From contig MU054323.1 of NCBI GenBank assembly GCA_013239625.1, positions 7,057,220 to 7,121,219 on the forward strand: a DNA stretch of 64,000 nucleotides, written 5' to 3'. A program made the position numbers and the translations under genes. This document shows positions 11,969 through 25,599 of this stretch, piece by piece. This DNA is from Lama guanicoe. Its lineage: Eukaryota. The notes beneath the pieces were generated by a model, which saw nothing but the letters and a program-made list of their open reading frames with translations, had not been told where the DNA came from and ran no database searches. Position 1 is the first letter of the stretch. Every line of letters begins with the position of its first letter.

Positions 11969-14777
11969 AGAGGGAAAAATATTTTTAAAAATAATAATGG
12001 AGACTAGGAAAATATTTTTTTAAAAAGCTTGTGGATTACAGGATTGAAATAACGGTCTTAGAATATTACATGAATTTTAAATGTAGCCGTGAAAGTATAA
12101 TCTACACACGTCCATGTGTCCATATATCCTGCACATACAAAGCAAATCCCCTTTGATAACACGGCTTGTTATTACAAGCAATCAGATATAACATGTGTCA
12201 AATGATATATCCCAGGACATAACAGCTTCCTATGGAAAAACTGAACCTAACTGGTCTCTAAATATCCTTCCTGGCCAGACTTGTATCCTCGGAAGGGGAC
12301 CAAACTTAAACCGTTTTGGTGTATATTATTCCTTTTCTAGCTTAAAAGGAACCATAGCTCCTGTCCTTAAGATTTCAGTCTATATAACACTGAATTTGCA
12401 GAAGCAGTATACATTATATTGTACTGCAAGTTACAGTCGTTGCAAATATAGTAACATCCTTTAATAACTTTAGTCCCCTCTTCCCTCCAAAGTGACATCA
12501 AACTGGACTGCTGGACCGTTGTGTGAAGGTATTTCATGTCATCACTATGTACTTTAATGACCGCAGAGGCCAAGGGAGATAACATCTTTACAAATTCAAA
12601 GTTCAGAGGCCTTTGTTCCTTTGCTTTTTCTCTCTTCCTCCCCCCACCCCCCCATCTGTGTTTCCCTCCGTGTCCCTATCCTCCTCCCACTCTTTCTTCC
12701 GTTTGCTGTGCCTCCACAGTTTGAGTCACAGGCTGCATCCCGTCTTGAAAGCGTGATCATTAGTCAGGGATGCAGGCCCAGCCTTCCCTGGTTTTCCCTG
12801 GCTGGGGAGAGCCTGTGCAGGTGGCGCTGGCTCTCCGCAGGCATCTGGGGCGACTGCAGGGGCAGCTCTGCACAGCCCGGTTCCTCCAGAGCTGTGGCAG
12901 CGATAGCCACAGTGGCAGCAGTGACAACAGGAGAACTGGCACTGGAAGCTGAAGGTGGCTGTGCAGGGGAGGCAGGAGGGGCCACGCTGCTTGGAGACCA
13001 GGCAGGTGCACAGGTGGAACAGCAGAGCAGGGCTCTAACCCTCGTGCCTGGAGAAACCTCTGAATGTGACCCACAGTGCAGATATTAAGCTAATTATGGG
13101 CCAGTGGTGTCCCTATACCCTAGGCCAGGCATGAGGAGGAGTGGGAGGCCACCTGCAGTTGTGCCTGGGCCCTTAGCCTTCCCTCTCTCTCCTTGATTCC
13201 TCACTTCTCATCCCTCCTCCCACTCCCTCTGGGGAAACAGTGCTCCTGGTAATAGCTCCTTTTAATAGTTGCAATGAAGTGATGCTCTATAATCCCCAGG
13301 TACCCGAATTACATAAACCAGGGGACTCAGAGGAAGTGAATGCGCTCTCAGAACAATCCTGTGGGCAAGAAGGAAGCTTAGTCACTCCCCTTCCTTTCCC
13401 TAAGCTCGCCAAGGCGTTCTTTTGAAACTTGCAGTCATCACCCTTGCATGTCTTCTTCAACTTAGAGTTGGGGCAGAACTGGGCCCACTGCTTTTGTGCA
13501 TGGGAGGCGGGACACAAAAGCTGAGAATGTCTGGAAGGGTGTGGCTTCCTGCCTGACAGAGATGTGCCTCCTGGGGCGCCCGTGGGGCTTGGAGGGGACC
13601 ATGGAAATAGGTTTGAAGAGAGACTGCTCTTCTGCATCTCCTGTCACTGATCTGACCAGGTTTCTGGCTCATCCTTAGGCAGGGGATTTGGTAGCAAGGG
13701 CGGAAAAAATGAAAGTCCAAGGTTAGAACATACTCCTAGGGGATGTAGGTGGGGATGACTGTCTCACTTTCTACCAAACTCAGAGACATAACATGAGGGC
13801 CTCTCTTACCATCTTCCCTCCTTTTGCATCTCTAGAAAGGACAGATTTGGGGTAGACCAGCAGCTCTTGCATTAAGTGAAATTGGGAAGAATGATAGCTT
13901 ATCTTGAGTGTCCTCCTCTTTTTTCTGTGCCTCTCCCCCGGTCCCTTTGCATTGTTCTCTTTTCCTTCCCACTTACTTCTGTTCAGGACTCTGTCCCCCT
14001 ACTGCTCTATCCAGAAATGCCCAGCCAGAATTCCTGGGGCAGAAGTGCATACTATTAAGTGATTTCTCCTTTCTTCTCCTTTTTCCACACTTCATCACTA
14101 CCCTGGTTCCCTTAGGATGGTTTATCTTAGCTGACAGTTAGGAGAAAAGCATCTAATTAAGCTAATTCAAATTAAAGTCATGAAAATGCTCTTCTTAAAG
14201 AGCTTGGCTATTTCCTCTTGCTCCTAAAAATAGCCACACAGGATACCCAAGAAATCTTCCTTTAACCAAGACTCTCCCTGGTTGATAAGCTCTGCAAACA
14301 ACTTTAGAAAAGGCCAGACTCTCTTCCCCACCTCTTAAGCCTCACTGAGAAATTGGTCCCTAAAATGCACTTGGCATTTTTAACTTGACAGGTCCTTCAG
14401 TGGATACCTAGATCTCTGTCTTAGGAGGTAGCCCTGATCCTTACCAATCCACCACAAACTCCTACATCCCCAGAAATTGAGAGCTGGCAGAAATGGAGCA
14501 GACCTTAGAAGAAATTAGATACAATGGAACATTTGTGAGAGATGGGATTCAGTAATCTCCCACAATAGAAATAATGAAGATGCTGGCCAGCTTTTACCGT
14601 TTATGACATGTTTTCTTGGTCTGCTTTGCCTCTTTGGAAGAGACTTAGGTAAGAGGAGCGTGGGTCTGGGGCGCCCAAATATACTTCAAATTCTTCTGAG
14701 GCAGGTGAGAAGCAGCCTAGATAAAATCTCTCTTCCTGGTTGTCAGGGGCTACAGAGTTGGTGCTGACTCAGGTGCC

Positions 14778-15338
14778 TGCGGTGGTTAATTTTATGTGTC
14801 AACGTGACTGGGCTAAGGGATGCTCAGATAGCTGGTAAAACATTATTTCTGGATGTGTCTGTGAGGGCGTTTCTGGAAGAGGTTAGCATTTGAATTGGTA
14901 GACAGTAAAGAATATGCCCTCCCCAATGCAGGCAGACATTATCCAATCCACTGAGGTCCCAAAAAGGACAAAAAGGCAAAGGAAGGGTGAATTTGTGCTC
15001 TTTGCTTAAGCTGGGGCATCATCTTCTCTTGCCTTAAGATAGCTGCACTCCTGGTTCTCAGGCTTTTGAAGATGGACCAGGACACACACCATTGACCCCC
15101 TGATTCTCAAGCTTGTGAACTTGGACTTACACTCTCAGACCTTTAGATTGGGACTGATTTAAACCATTGGCTTTCCTAATTCTCCAGCTGGCAGGTGGCA
15201 GATCGTGAAACTTCCTGGCCTCCATAACGGTGTGAGCCAATTCCTGTAACAAATCTCCTCTTATATCTCTCTATCTCTACCTCTCTTTCCATCCCTATTG
15301 TATCCTATGGGTTCTGTTTCTCTGGAGAACCCTAATCC
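14778..15338 (+). mobile_element. ERVL solo LTR, MLT2B-like
   Basis: tgcggtggttaattttatgtgtcaac...ggttctgtttctctggagaaccctaat. Confidence 0.9.
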
Positions 15339-15499
15339 CTCATCTCTACATAATTTCTCAAAAATCGGTAAAGAACAAAATGGCGGTGAAATTCCTATTC
15401 TCCATCTCAGTTTACCTGCTTAATCAAATACGAAATGCCATGGAATCAGATCTTGTCTATTTGTCAGGATTTTGTCAACTTAAAAGGCAAGAAGGAAGG

Positions 15500-15845
15500 G
15501 AATTGTTGACTCAGGTTCCAGGAAATCTAAAACACGACCCTTCAGATGTGACTGGGTTTAAGGGTTTTGATAATGTCACTAGTTCTGTCTCCTTATTGTT
15601 GGCTTTTTGCCTTGGTGGTGGCTTCATTCTCACGTAGCCTCTCACCACCTTGTGACAAAGGTGGCCCCAGCAGCAATGGCTACAACTTTGCTCTCCTTGC
15701 TTGTCGTTCCCGCTAGCTACTTCAAAAATCCCAGGATGAGTCTAATAGGCCTGGCTTGGGCCAAGTGTCCTTACATGAACCAGCCACTGGAGCCAGGAGG
15801 ATGAAGTTCTCTAATGACTAGCTCACATTCTGAGCCCACTATGTG
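15500..15845 (-). mobile_element. Old MaLR LTR fragment (MLT1J/K-like)
   Basis: ggcttcattctc...ggcctggcttgggccaagtgtcc...tgaaccagccactggagccagg. Confidence 0.55.
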
Positions 15846-16109
15846 TGGGAAGACCAGGCAAGGGCCCTCCTGTTAGGTAGAGGAGAAGCAATTCTTAAAA
15901 GGAAAATATACTGGGCAGATAAGAAGTAATACAGCCATACTGTTTGATAAGTGTCAACCTACATGCTTGAAAGCTAATTCAAATGAACAAGCAATAGGGT
16001 GGGAGATGTGAGCAACACAAGATTTATAAGACATGCTTTTTGTCCTTAAAAGAGCATTTAAACTAGCTGTCTGGAAGCTGGTCACATTCTTTATTTAAGA
16101 ATTTGAGGC

Positions 16110-16720
16110 AACTTGAGTTACTTCACTGGAAAATATTTTCCAAGTGCTTACTTAATGCCAGACATCAGGCTAGATTCTTGTCATCCAGAGATGAAAGACA
16201 ACTTCTTCCCACAAAGAGCGTCACTCAAGTAGGAAAGACAAGCAAACAAGCAAACGTCTTTAATTGCGGGGCCACACATGTGATGATAGATGTGCACACA
16301 GGTGTCATGAGAGCCCCCCAAAGGCACCTGTTCAACGTTAGGCTCAGAGGAGCTGATGCGTGAGCCAGAGCAGGGAAAAGACGTGGGGGCCCAGTGAGGT
16401 TGGCGGGTGGGGAAGGGTCTCACAGGCTGAGGGACTAGTGTGCATGTGCGGAGGACAGGGCTGTGAAGGAGGGTCCTGAGTTTGGAGAGGTACAGAGAGA
16501 CTGAATGGAGTACATGAGTGGGTACAGAGGGAGATGAACCCAAAGAAGTAGGCAGGAGCCAGATCACAGGTCTGAACTTATCCCTGAAGGATTTTAAACA
16601 GGGCCTGGATGTGTCCAGATTTGCAATTAAGCATGCTGCTTCTGGCACCAGATGGAGAGGAGCGAGCCAGACTGGAGGCAGGAAGAGTAGTCAGAAGACT
16701 AATGTAGGAGAGCACACAGA
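16110..16720 (-). mobile_element. L2 fragment
   Basis: aaatattttccaagtgcttacttaatgccagacat...ggcaggagccagatcacagg...gaaggattttaaacaggg. Confidence 0.65.
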
Positions 16721-16918
16721 CACGATGAAGACTTCTGCTTCACTGAGAATGCCAGCTAATAAAATAGGACAATTAGCAAAAGCGCCATTTTGCAACCCCA
16801 TTTCAAGCAAGGATTATGATTATCAACAAATGTTAAGATATTCACAGGGTCTCAAAGACTCACTCCATGGATTATTAATTACAAACAGGAAACTGTACCC
16901 TTGTAATAGAAAGGTCTG

Positions 16919-17056
16919 AGGGGAGGGTATAGCTCAGTGGTAGAGTGTATGCCCAGCTTGCATGAGGTCGTGGGTTCAATCCCTGGTGCCTCCATCAAAA
17001 GTAATAAATAAATAGATAAATCTAGTTACCCCTCCCCCCCAAAATTAAAATTAAGT
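16919..17056 (+). mobile_element. Vic-1-type SINE with 12-bp TSD
   Basis: TSD tagaaaggtctg at 16907-16918 and 17057-17068. Confidence 0.93.
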
Positions 17057-17449
17057 TAGAAAGGTCTGGTGCCCATCAACTTAACCTCAAATTTAGCACA
17101 GTGGGACAATCTGACATTATGTGCCTTCTGATGTGATACAGTAGGAAACACAGAACATCTCCTACATAGTAATCGGTCCAAAGATGTTTAATCTGAATCT
17201 AATCATAAGGAAACAATCAGACAAATCCAGAATGTGGGAGATTAGCTAAGAAAACTGGTTGGAACTCTTCAAAAATTCAGTATCATGAAAAATAGAAATA
17301 AAAACAAAATGTGAGGGGACTGGTCTAAATCAAAGAGGTTAAGGAGACCCAACAGGCACATGAATTTGTAACCCTTGATGAGATCTTTGATCCAAAACTT
17401 GAAACAGCAATAAAAGAGAAATGGGGAAATTTAAATATGCACTAAACAT

Positions 17450-18054
17450 ATGACCCAGGAATCCCACTCCTGGGCATATATCCAGAAGGAACCCTACTTC
17501 AAAATGACACCTGCACCCCAGTGTTCATAGCAGCACTATTTACAATAGCCAAGACATGGAAATAGCCTAAATGTCCATCAACAGATGACTGGATAAAGAA
17601 GATGTGGTATATTTATACAATGGAATACTATTCAGCCATAAAAACTGACAACATAACACCATTTGCAGCAACTCGGATGCTCCTGGAGAATGTCATTCTA
17701 AGTGAACTAAGCCAGAAAGAGAAAGAAAAATACCATATGAGATCGCTCATATGTGGAATCTAAAAAAAACCATAAATACAAATCAGAAACAGACTCATAG
17801 ACATAGAATACAATCTTGTGGTTGCCAAGGGGGTGGGGGGTGGGAAGGGACAGATTGGGATTTCAAAATGTAGAATAGATAAACAAGATTATAATGTATA
17901 GTACAGGGAAATATATACAAGATCTTATAGTACCTCACAGAGAAAAAAAGTGACAATGAATATATATATATGTTCATGTATAACTGAAAAATTGTGCTCT
18001 TCACTGGAATTTGACACATTGTAAAATGATTATAACTCAATAAAAAATGTTAAA
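17450..18054 (+). mobile_element. Younger 5'-truncated L1 (ORF2 C-terminus plus 3' UTR) with 17-bp TSD
   Basis: YDPGIPLLGIYP...TWK*PKCPSTDDWIKKMWYIYTMEYYSAIK...YHMRSLICGI*; TSD aaatatgcactaaacat at 17433-17449 and 18055-18071. Confidence 0.95.
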
Positions 18055-18827
18055 AAATATGCACTAAACATTAGCTATAGTTTTCCTACATGTAATTATG
18101 ATATCATAGGTATGTCAGAGAATGTCTTTATTCTTAGGTAATAATGGAGGATTGAGGAGTGAAGTGTTTTGCTGTCTTCAACCTACTTTCAAATAGTTCC
18201 AGAAAATGTATAATGTATATATGTTTACACATATGATATACATGGATGCTTTTGCATTCATATGATATATGTATGACGCGCATGGAATGAAAAAAGGTAT
18301 GGGTCAAAATCCAACCCATCCATCAATGTCTGGCGTAAACAACCTCTTTCCAAAAAACTTTTCCTCGTCTCTGGAAAGTCATTCAGCTAACAAGTGTTGA
18401 GTATTTGCATAAGTAGATGCAGAGCACTAGGTGATGAGAATATGAAAATGAGGGTCAGGTGGTCCTGGCCTCAGGCAGTACCTACTCTGTGAGGGGAGCA
18501 GGCACATAAGCAGATCACTGTAAAACAGCATGCTGAGCACAGCGATAGGTGTTTACTGGGCACCAAGAGAGTACAGAGGAGCAAAACCTAACTCAACTGT
18601 AGATTGGTGCGTTAGAGAAGACTTCCTGGAGGAGGCAACTGCCGGATCCATAGGAGAAGTAGGAGGAAGCCAGGTTGGAGGGTGGGATGTGGAGGACGAC
18701 GGAGACAAGCAGCAGCCCGGGTGGAGGAGGAGAGGTGCGAGTGTAAGCAGTTCACTCTTGCTGGAGAGGACGTGGAAAGCCAGGGACACTGCAAGTTGAG
18801 GCTTGAGAGGCGGACGGAGGGCTAAAC

Positions 18828-18991
18828 CAGGGTTTCCCTGGCTTGGCTGCTCAGTGGAAGCACCTGGGGAGCTTTAAAATGTTGTTGATGCCTGAGTCCT
18901 GATTTAAATGGCCTGCAGTGCAGCCTGGGTGTGGGGATTTTTCAGAGCTCCCCAGATGGTTCTGATATGAAGCCAAGGTGGAGAAAAAGTG
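18828..18991. mobile_element. MER5A-type hAT MITE within L2 fragments
   Basis: cacctggggagctttaaaa...gctcccagatggttctgatatgaagccaaggtggagaa. Confidence 0.7.
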
Positions 18992-20401
18992 ATGAGACAG
19001 AGTTAAGAATTATTTCTCAGGGGAAATTGGCAGGAGCTGGGGATTGTTGGGATGTGTGGGCAGGTGGAGGGATCAGTTTGATTCCCAGGTTTGTGTCCTG
19101 GGGACAGGGTGGAATCATGATGCCACCAGCTGCAGTGAAGAATCAGAGTTGGGGGAAGAAGACAAGTGCAGTTTTGACTACAGAGCACCTGTGGGACATC
19201 CAGACAGACTTGTCCAGCAGGTAGTCAGATATAATTAGGATACACAGCATCAGATGGACATCAGCTGGTGGCATGAATGCATATTGATGGTTTTGAGCCA
19301 GTGAGAGTAAATGAGATGACTTGGGGAGAAAATCAGACCTTTGAGGGTATATGCTATGTATGGTGTGTGTGTGAGAGTGAGAGAGAGGAAATGTGGCAAA
19401 CTGTTAACAATTTTTCTGTTTAGGAGAAGGATACGTGAGAGTTCTTGCACTATTCTTTCAGCTTTTGTTTGTTTGTTTGTTTGTTTGTAGATTTAAAGAC
19501 TATGAGAAAGAATGAAAAGAAGGAGAAGCTGGAAAAGGAGAAGAACTAATGTAAGCTTGACCCAGGACAGTAGTGATAGGTTTGGGGAGGAAGGTTGGAG
19601 CCAAGAGAATTACAGAAATGCTGGGAATCTGTCCCAGTCACCTGGAGTGAAGTTTGGGAAAGAGGCCCAGTCAGGATTTCTAGTCCTGGTCAAAGATTAC
19701 GTGATATCCTTTCACAATGTGACCGGCGGTGACAATCATAGTAACGAAAGCGCTTAACTTACCACACTGGGAGGCAGAGAGCCCTGACCAGGATTCAGGA
19801 TGCTGGAGTGCTAATCCTGCTCTCCCACCGAGCGGCTCAGAGGGAATGTGTTTAGCTCTTCTGCTGCTCTTCTCTGACAATGAGGAGATTGGCCCCGACG
19901 TCCTCTGAGGTTCTGTTTAACCTCGTACATGTGCATAGTACAGCCACTCTTCCTTATTGATGCTACTCAGAGCCATCCGAGCTAAGCATTCATGAGGCTT
20001 TGTAACCTCAGCCATTTCATTCTCTCAGTCCTGATTTATTTCTCCAGCCCTATGTGGCCACCCTCTCTTGAGAGCCTGTCTCTGACCCGACATGGTCCTC
20101 ACTGAGAACTGCTCCTTAAGTGGAGCTATAATAGTCTCCACTCCTGACCTGTCTGCCCCTTGACTTCACAGCACGGCTTCTTCCCACTTGGATACTGTTT
20201 TCTATTAATAACTCTTCTGATTTTCTCTTTGTGATAGAGCTAACACACACTTATGGTAGAAATGTGGAAATTTGAGAAATTATATAGAAGAAAATTTAAA
20301 TTACTCACAATTCCACCATTTTACTGGTAGCCACTATTAAAATTTGTTCTGAATGGATATGATTGTGTATGTTGCACAGCTGATCTCTTATACACACATA
20401 A

Positions 20402-20491
20402 CTTTTAAAATAGAGATACTGGGGATTGAACCCAGGACCTTGGGCATGCTAAGCACATGCTCTACCACTGAGCTATACCTCCATCCACCCC
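20402..20491 (-). mobile_element. Vic-1-type SINE, short tailless form
   Basis: actggggattgaacccaggacc...catgctaagca..ctctaccactgagctatacc. Confidence 0.9.
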
Positions 20492-20636
20492 GATACACAT
20501 TGTTTTGTATTCTGATTTTTAAAACTTAATAACATATCTTGACCACTCTCTCATAGGGGAATGGGACAGACTGCCATCTCTAATTTCTTTTTCATAATTT
20601 TACAAGCTTGGGATGTCATTTTGGAACCTCATTTTT

Positions 20637-20722
20637 TTTTTAAATGGAGGTACTGGGGATTGAACACAGGACCTCGTGCTTGCTAAGCATGTGCTCTGCC
20701 ACTGAGCTATACCCTTCCCTCA
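20637..20722 (-). mobile_element. Vic-1-type SINE, short form, 13-bp TSD
   Basis: TSD gaacctcattttt at 20624-20636 and 20723-20735. Confidence 0.92.
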
Positions 20723-23589
20723 GAACCTCATTTTTAACAGATCTCAATATAATGAAACACATTATGTATTTGAGAAATGTAATGTTAAAATTGAATATTT
20801 AAATATGTTTCTTTATCATTATATGATGATATAATTATCTCCTCATATAAATAAAAGACTGTTTTCATATAAAATGTTTTCCCAATGATTTGGCAACTTT
20901 GCTCATTTCTTCTGGTTCTGATGTAAGGCTGGCCTAGGACATCATCAATACTACTGGAGAAATACCAGGATAGGGAAAGGACAAGAGGAAGAAATAGATT
21001 TAGAATTTCTCAGTTTATGATACTATATCTTTAATGGCAGATCCGTAGAACCACTTCTGGATGGTGCTGGTGGAATTTGTAAGGGGTGTATGTGTGTGTG
21101 TGCGCGGAGTGGGCAATAAAGGACAGCCAAGTGGGAGGAGAAAGGAAATGAATTAAATATGATAGGTGTGGAGGCACATATAGTAACTACTTTGGAGATT
21201 CCTTTTCTTCCTTTCTTACTAATGCCAAATAGTGAAGTCTAATTTTAATGCTGTGTGTGTGTGTGTGTGTGTGAATGAGAGAGGGGTGGGGGAGTCATAC
21301 AAGGGGGGATGCATTCTAGAATCTTAAAAAAAACCCAGAATTAATCATAAACATTTTCTAATGTCATTAAATTAATTAAATTTAAAACATCATACCAGTT
21401 GACAGATGGATAGTCTTTAATGTCTCCAAGGAAGTACCTGAATCATTCACCCATTCAAGCATCTAATATTTTGATCCAAGATGTTCAAACCACTTAATTC
21501 ATCCTTATGACTCCCCTGGGAAGCAAGGAAAGAGAAGAAATTACTCTCCACCCCCTCTTTTATAAGATAAATGTCTATATACACTTTTTATTACGCACTT
21601 ATCTTTACAGAAAAGGAAACCCCATAAACCAAGAACATCACTCTGAAATCACTTCTAACCCTTGTTAGAATGTGCACATTCACTTGAAATTGCTGCCTGC
21701 ATACTCCCTGCTTCCTGCACTTTTTCCAGATATAATACTTTGATGCCCATCACACTATTTCTAATGGCTATATAATATTCCATTTTATTGCCATGCCATC
21801 ATTTATTCAACCATATCTTTATTGTGAGAGCTTTAGGGGTTGTTTCTTAATTATTTTAAGCATAATAAGTGATACTATGAATGCATCATTGTGCAAATAA
21901 TATTTTTCCTTTTGGATTCTTGAGTTTCATTGATCCTGGCTTTTATTTTCACCTTTGCTAGACTTGTAAGTATATAATAGAACCTCTAAGCTGTTTGATT
22001 TGTATTCACCTAATTTCTATCAATAGTTTAGAATTTGATAGTTTATCTAATATCAAACGATGTTTTCTATCTATTTTCCTGTGTATAAAATTGTCTATTC
22101 TTATCCTTTTCTACTCTGACCGATCGCCAAGTAGAAGCTAAGAATTAGCTGTATACATTTTTATTAAATCTAGGGGTTTTTTTAGGAATGTGAGCTTCTG
22201 CAAATCACATTTGTCATGAATCATTTTCACATTCTGTGGTCTTTCTTTGTTAAACTTTGTTCAGTTACATTATTTTATATGATGTATTTTTAGGTGTTAA
22301 AAAGACTGTAAAACAATTTACTCATGGACTCTTTCCCAGTGATTTCTATTGCCCTTGGAAACCTCCATGTCACCCCAGCAATTCTGAACACCTGAATCCT
22401 GTGGTCTTAGAGGAGAAAAAAAGTATTGGCTCAAGGTTGAAGTGGAACCTGGGACATCCCGGGAACAAGGCCTTCTCCGTGAGAAACGTGGCTGAGAGCT
22501 GGGCTGTCAGTCCCCAGGGATGTTGTTACCAGCACTCTGCTTTTCCATTTCCCTCTTTGTTCCAAAATAGTCATCGTGGTATCTCAGAACTAAATCTCTG
22601 GCTGTCCTTTAAACCGTGTAGTTAGGGGCCAGAACTGGTTATTCCCAGAGCTGCCTGTGGGTCACAGGGAGAAAGGAGCAAGGACAGCATGTTTCCTCAA
22701 CTCAGCATGCTTGCTCCAGGCCACTGCGATGACACAGCTGTCTCCTGTTATCCTGAGCCTGAATCAGGTGTCGCACATTTCCCCGGCTTGAGGCCAGAGG
22801 TGTGAGACAGATCCTGGCCCTCTGAGTGTGACTGTGTGTGTGTGTTGCTGTCTCTCTACGTTCTCTGCTGTGTGTTACACTTGCAGAGCAGCCCCTCTCA
22901 CACATTCCTTGATGGAATATGAGGTTCTGATGTTTGCACGAAAGCTTTGTCCCAGCAGCAGCGGGGAGGGAGTGTGTTCAAATATGAACGTCATTCGAGT
23001 CTCAGTCATCCTGCTCAGCCAAGCTCGGTCCGAGCACAGTAGGTTATCGCTACTGGAACGGAGCTCTAATTCTGCTGAGGTGTCAACAACAGAAGCTGGG
23101 ATGAGAACTCACAGTGATGCTGGGAAGGCTGGGAGACACGCCAGGCTTGAGAATGGAAGTGGCTGGGGGGCGGGGTGAAGAGGAGTGTGGGAACTATCAG
23201 ATGATTGTTTACCCTGCGTTTCAAAGGAGGCATGCTCTCAAACGTTAAGATAAAATGATAAATGTTTAAATAAAATAAGAAAGAAAATGCTATTAAGAGC
23301 TCTGAAACTCATGTTAACCGTCTGAATTAGAAGGCTGCAAAAGCCAGTATTGAAGAGATGGTAAAGGTATTCACACAAAAGCAGAGTGAGAAATTTCAAG
23401 AACAAGACAAGGGAAGACAAAACTTGGGGCAAGCACAGAGTAGAGAAAGAGTCCAAGAGCCAGGGTAAAGGGAGGGGTAGGGCATGGCTGTTACCGGCGG
23501 GACTAACCCTAGGCAAGGTGGGGCACCCAAGCCATTTTGCAGCCTGGCTCCCCACCAAGAGCTCTCTAAATACAATATCACTATTTGTT

Positions 23590-23760
23590 TAATATTTTTT
23601 ACTGACTTTTTTGCTTAATATTTTAAACTGTCTTTCTAAAACTCAAGCATCTAGTTTCATCTCAAACAATAGTATCTGGGAAATCACAGATTTGATTTGC
23701 TAGGTATATATTTTTTGAATACATATTAAAATAAACACACCATTAGTAAAAGGATGTATA
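23590..23760. mobile_element. Probable hAT-Charlie (MER113-like) fragment
   Basis: gtatctgggaaatcacagatttgatttgctagg...acatattaaaataaa resembles a recalled consensus. Confidence 0.4.
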
Positions 23761-24484
23761 TATCTGTGAAGGGCCTGAAATAATCTCAAGACCTTGTTCA
23801 ATGCTACGCACACCATTCTATGGAAACTCCATCCTCTCTTCACCCCACAGCCCATGACTTAGCCATCATCATCTCTTACTGGAAATATCTGAGCAGCTCC
23901 CCTTGCCTGGAAAACTCTCCCTCTCCATCCTTTTCTGTGGGGAAGGTATTGACTCACTCTTCAAATCTCACCTTGGCCTTCACGTCCCAGGGAAGGCACC
24001 CCACCCCAAACTCCTACCCCACCAGACTGGGGAAGGTTTCCCTACCATGTGATTCCATAGTTCCCCCTCTTTCCTTATTCATCAACTACACTTGCTACTA
24101 TCACTTATTCTCTTTTGTCCTGAATTGGAGTTAAACTCTGCCGGGCAAAGAAATGTTAGCCATTTTCATCATTCTGTTATCAGGGCCTACCCCACTGTGA
24201 AGTACAATATAGCACTGAATAAATAGTTGTTGAATGAATCAGTTCTACTGTCTAGCACCCATGGGCAATTCTCCCCTTTATCAAAATCTTTTCTCAGCTG
24301 ACTTTCAATTTGTATAATATTTAGACATTTAGATTTAGATCTAAAAGAGCTATAAAAGCAAGTGCGTAACAGGCCTGTTTGTATGTTCCAACTAGCCAGA
24401 GAGATATTTCTCTGCAGGGGATCTGCTCAGAGTCCCTCAAATCACACTTATGTGGCAGGATCACCTGTTTTGCTTCACAAAATA

Positions 24485-24700
24485 GAGAAGCAGTGAGTGG
24501 GGTGGTTGATAGCTCTCTCTGGGGTTGGACTACTGGGTTTCAGTCCCACTTTCCAGCTGTTTAAACTTGAGCAATTTATTTAACTTCCCATGGCTCAATT
24601 TCCCCATCTGTAAAATAAATATAAAATTATGCCTACTTCATAGGTTTTGAAATGTTTTCAGTATGGTGCCTGGTACATAGTAAGCACTCAGTAATATTAT
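24485..24700 (+). mobile_element. MIR SINE
   Basis: ctcaatttccccatctgtaaaat...gcctacttcatagg...tgcctggtacatagtaagcactcagtaa. Confidence 0.8.
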
Positions 24701-25599
24701 CATAATAGCTTCTAGATGACTTTCTCTACATACACTCCAGTTAGTTAATAGCTCTTTTAAAGTGTAACCAGTTCAAAATTAAGCCCAAAACTCCATTTAG
24801 CCTGACCAGGGCAAAAGGTACAAGGGGCTAGCACCATCCAAGATCTAGATATTTTATTTATTTTAATACATTCTAAGATTACACTGTTTTTGTTTTTTAG
24901 CAGCCATTTCATACTGTTGAATTATATTGACCTTGCATTTAATAAAACCTTCAGACCTTTTCATGTGAATTTCTGTCCAAGTAACATTTACCCTTCCTGT
25001 CTCTGGGCAATTGATTGTTTTTTTTTTTTAAACAAATACAGAACTTTAAAATTGTTCCTATTAGTTTTAATTTTGTTGGTTTGAACCCAGTGTTTAGCTC
25101 ATTCTGAAATCTGAAGACATTCTACCATATTTGTTATCACTCTTAGATCTATGTCATCTGTAACTGTGTTAAATATGTCTTTTAATGTTATATTTAAATC
25201 ATCCATTAAGTTGTTAAAAAACAAAAGCCAATATCAACATAAAGTAATATGTAACTTTAGTAAAGTCTCTGTAAATCAACACGAGTGGACCAGTAGCAGT
25301 CTTCATATGTAATCCTTTCACCCTACAAGTTTCCATCTTGTCTATAATCATTCTATAAAGACGTCAAAAGTTACCACTTCTTAATAAAGATGTCTGCAAA
25401 AATTGGGCTCTCAGGATGTTTGCTGAGGCACTGTTTGTGAAAGCAAAAAATAGAAAATAAGCTTAATGTCCAATAAAAGGTAACTGATTAATACATTTTT
25501 GTACATTTGATGGACTATTTTTTGTCATTGCCAAAAAAAAAAAAAAGAATCCTGCAGATCATGGCTTCCAAACATATTTTTAGCCATAGATTCTATAGA

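Larger units (their letters stand above)
16777..18205 (+). mobile_element. Old L1MC/L1ME 3' region hosting a SINE and a younger L1
   Basis: gccattttgcaacc...tttaatctgaatctaatcataaggaaacaatcagacaaatccagaatgtgg; resumes after 18071. Confidence 0.7.
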
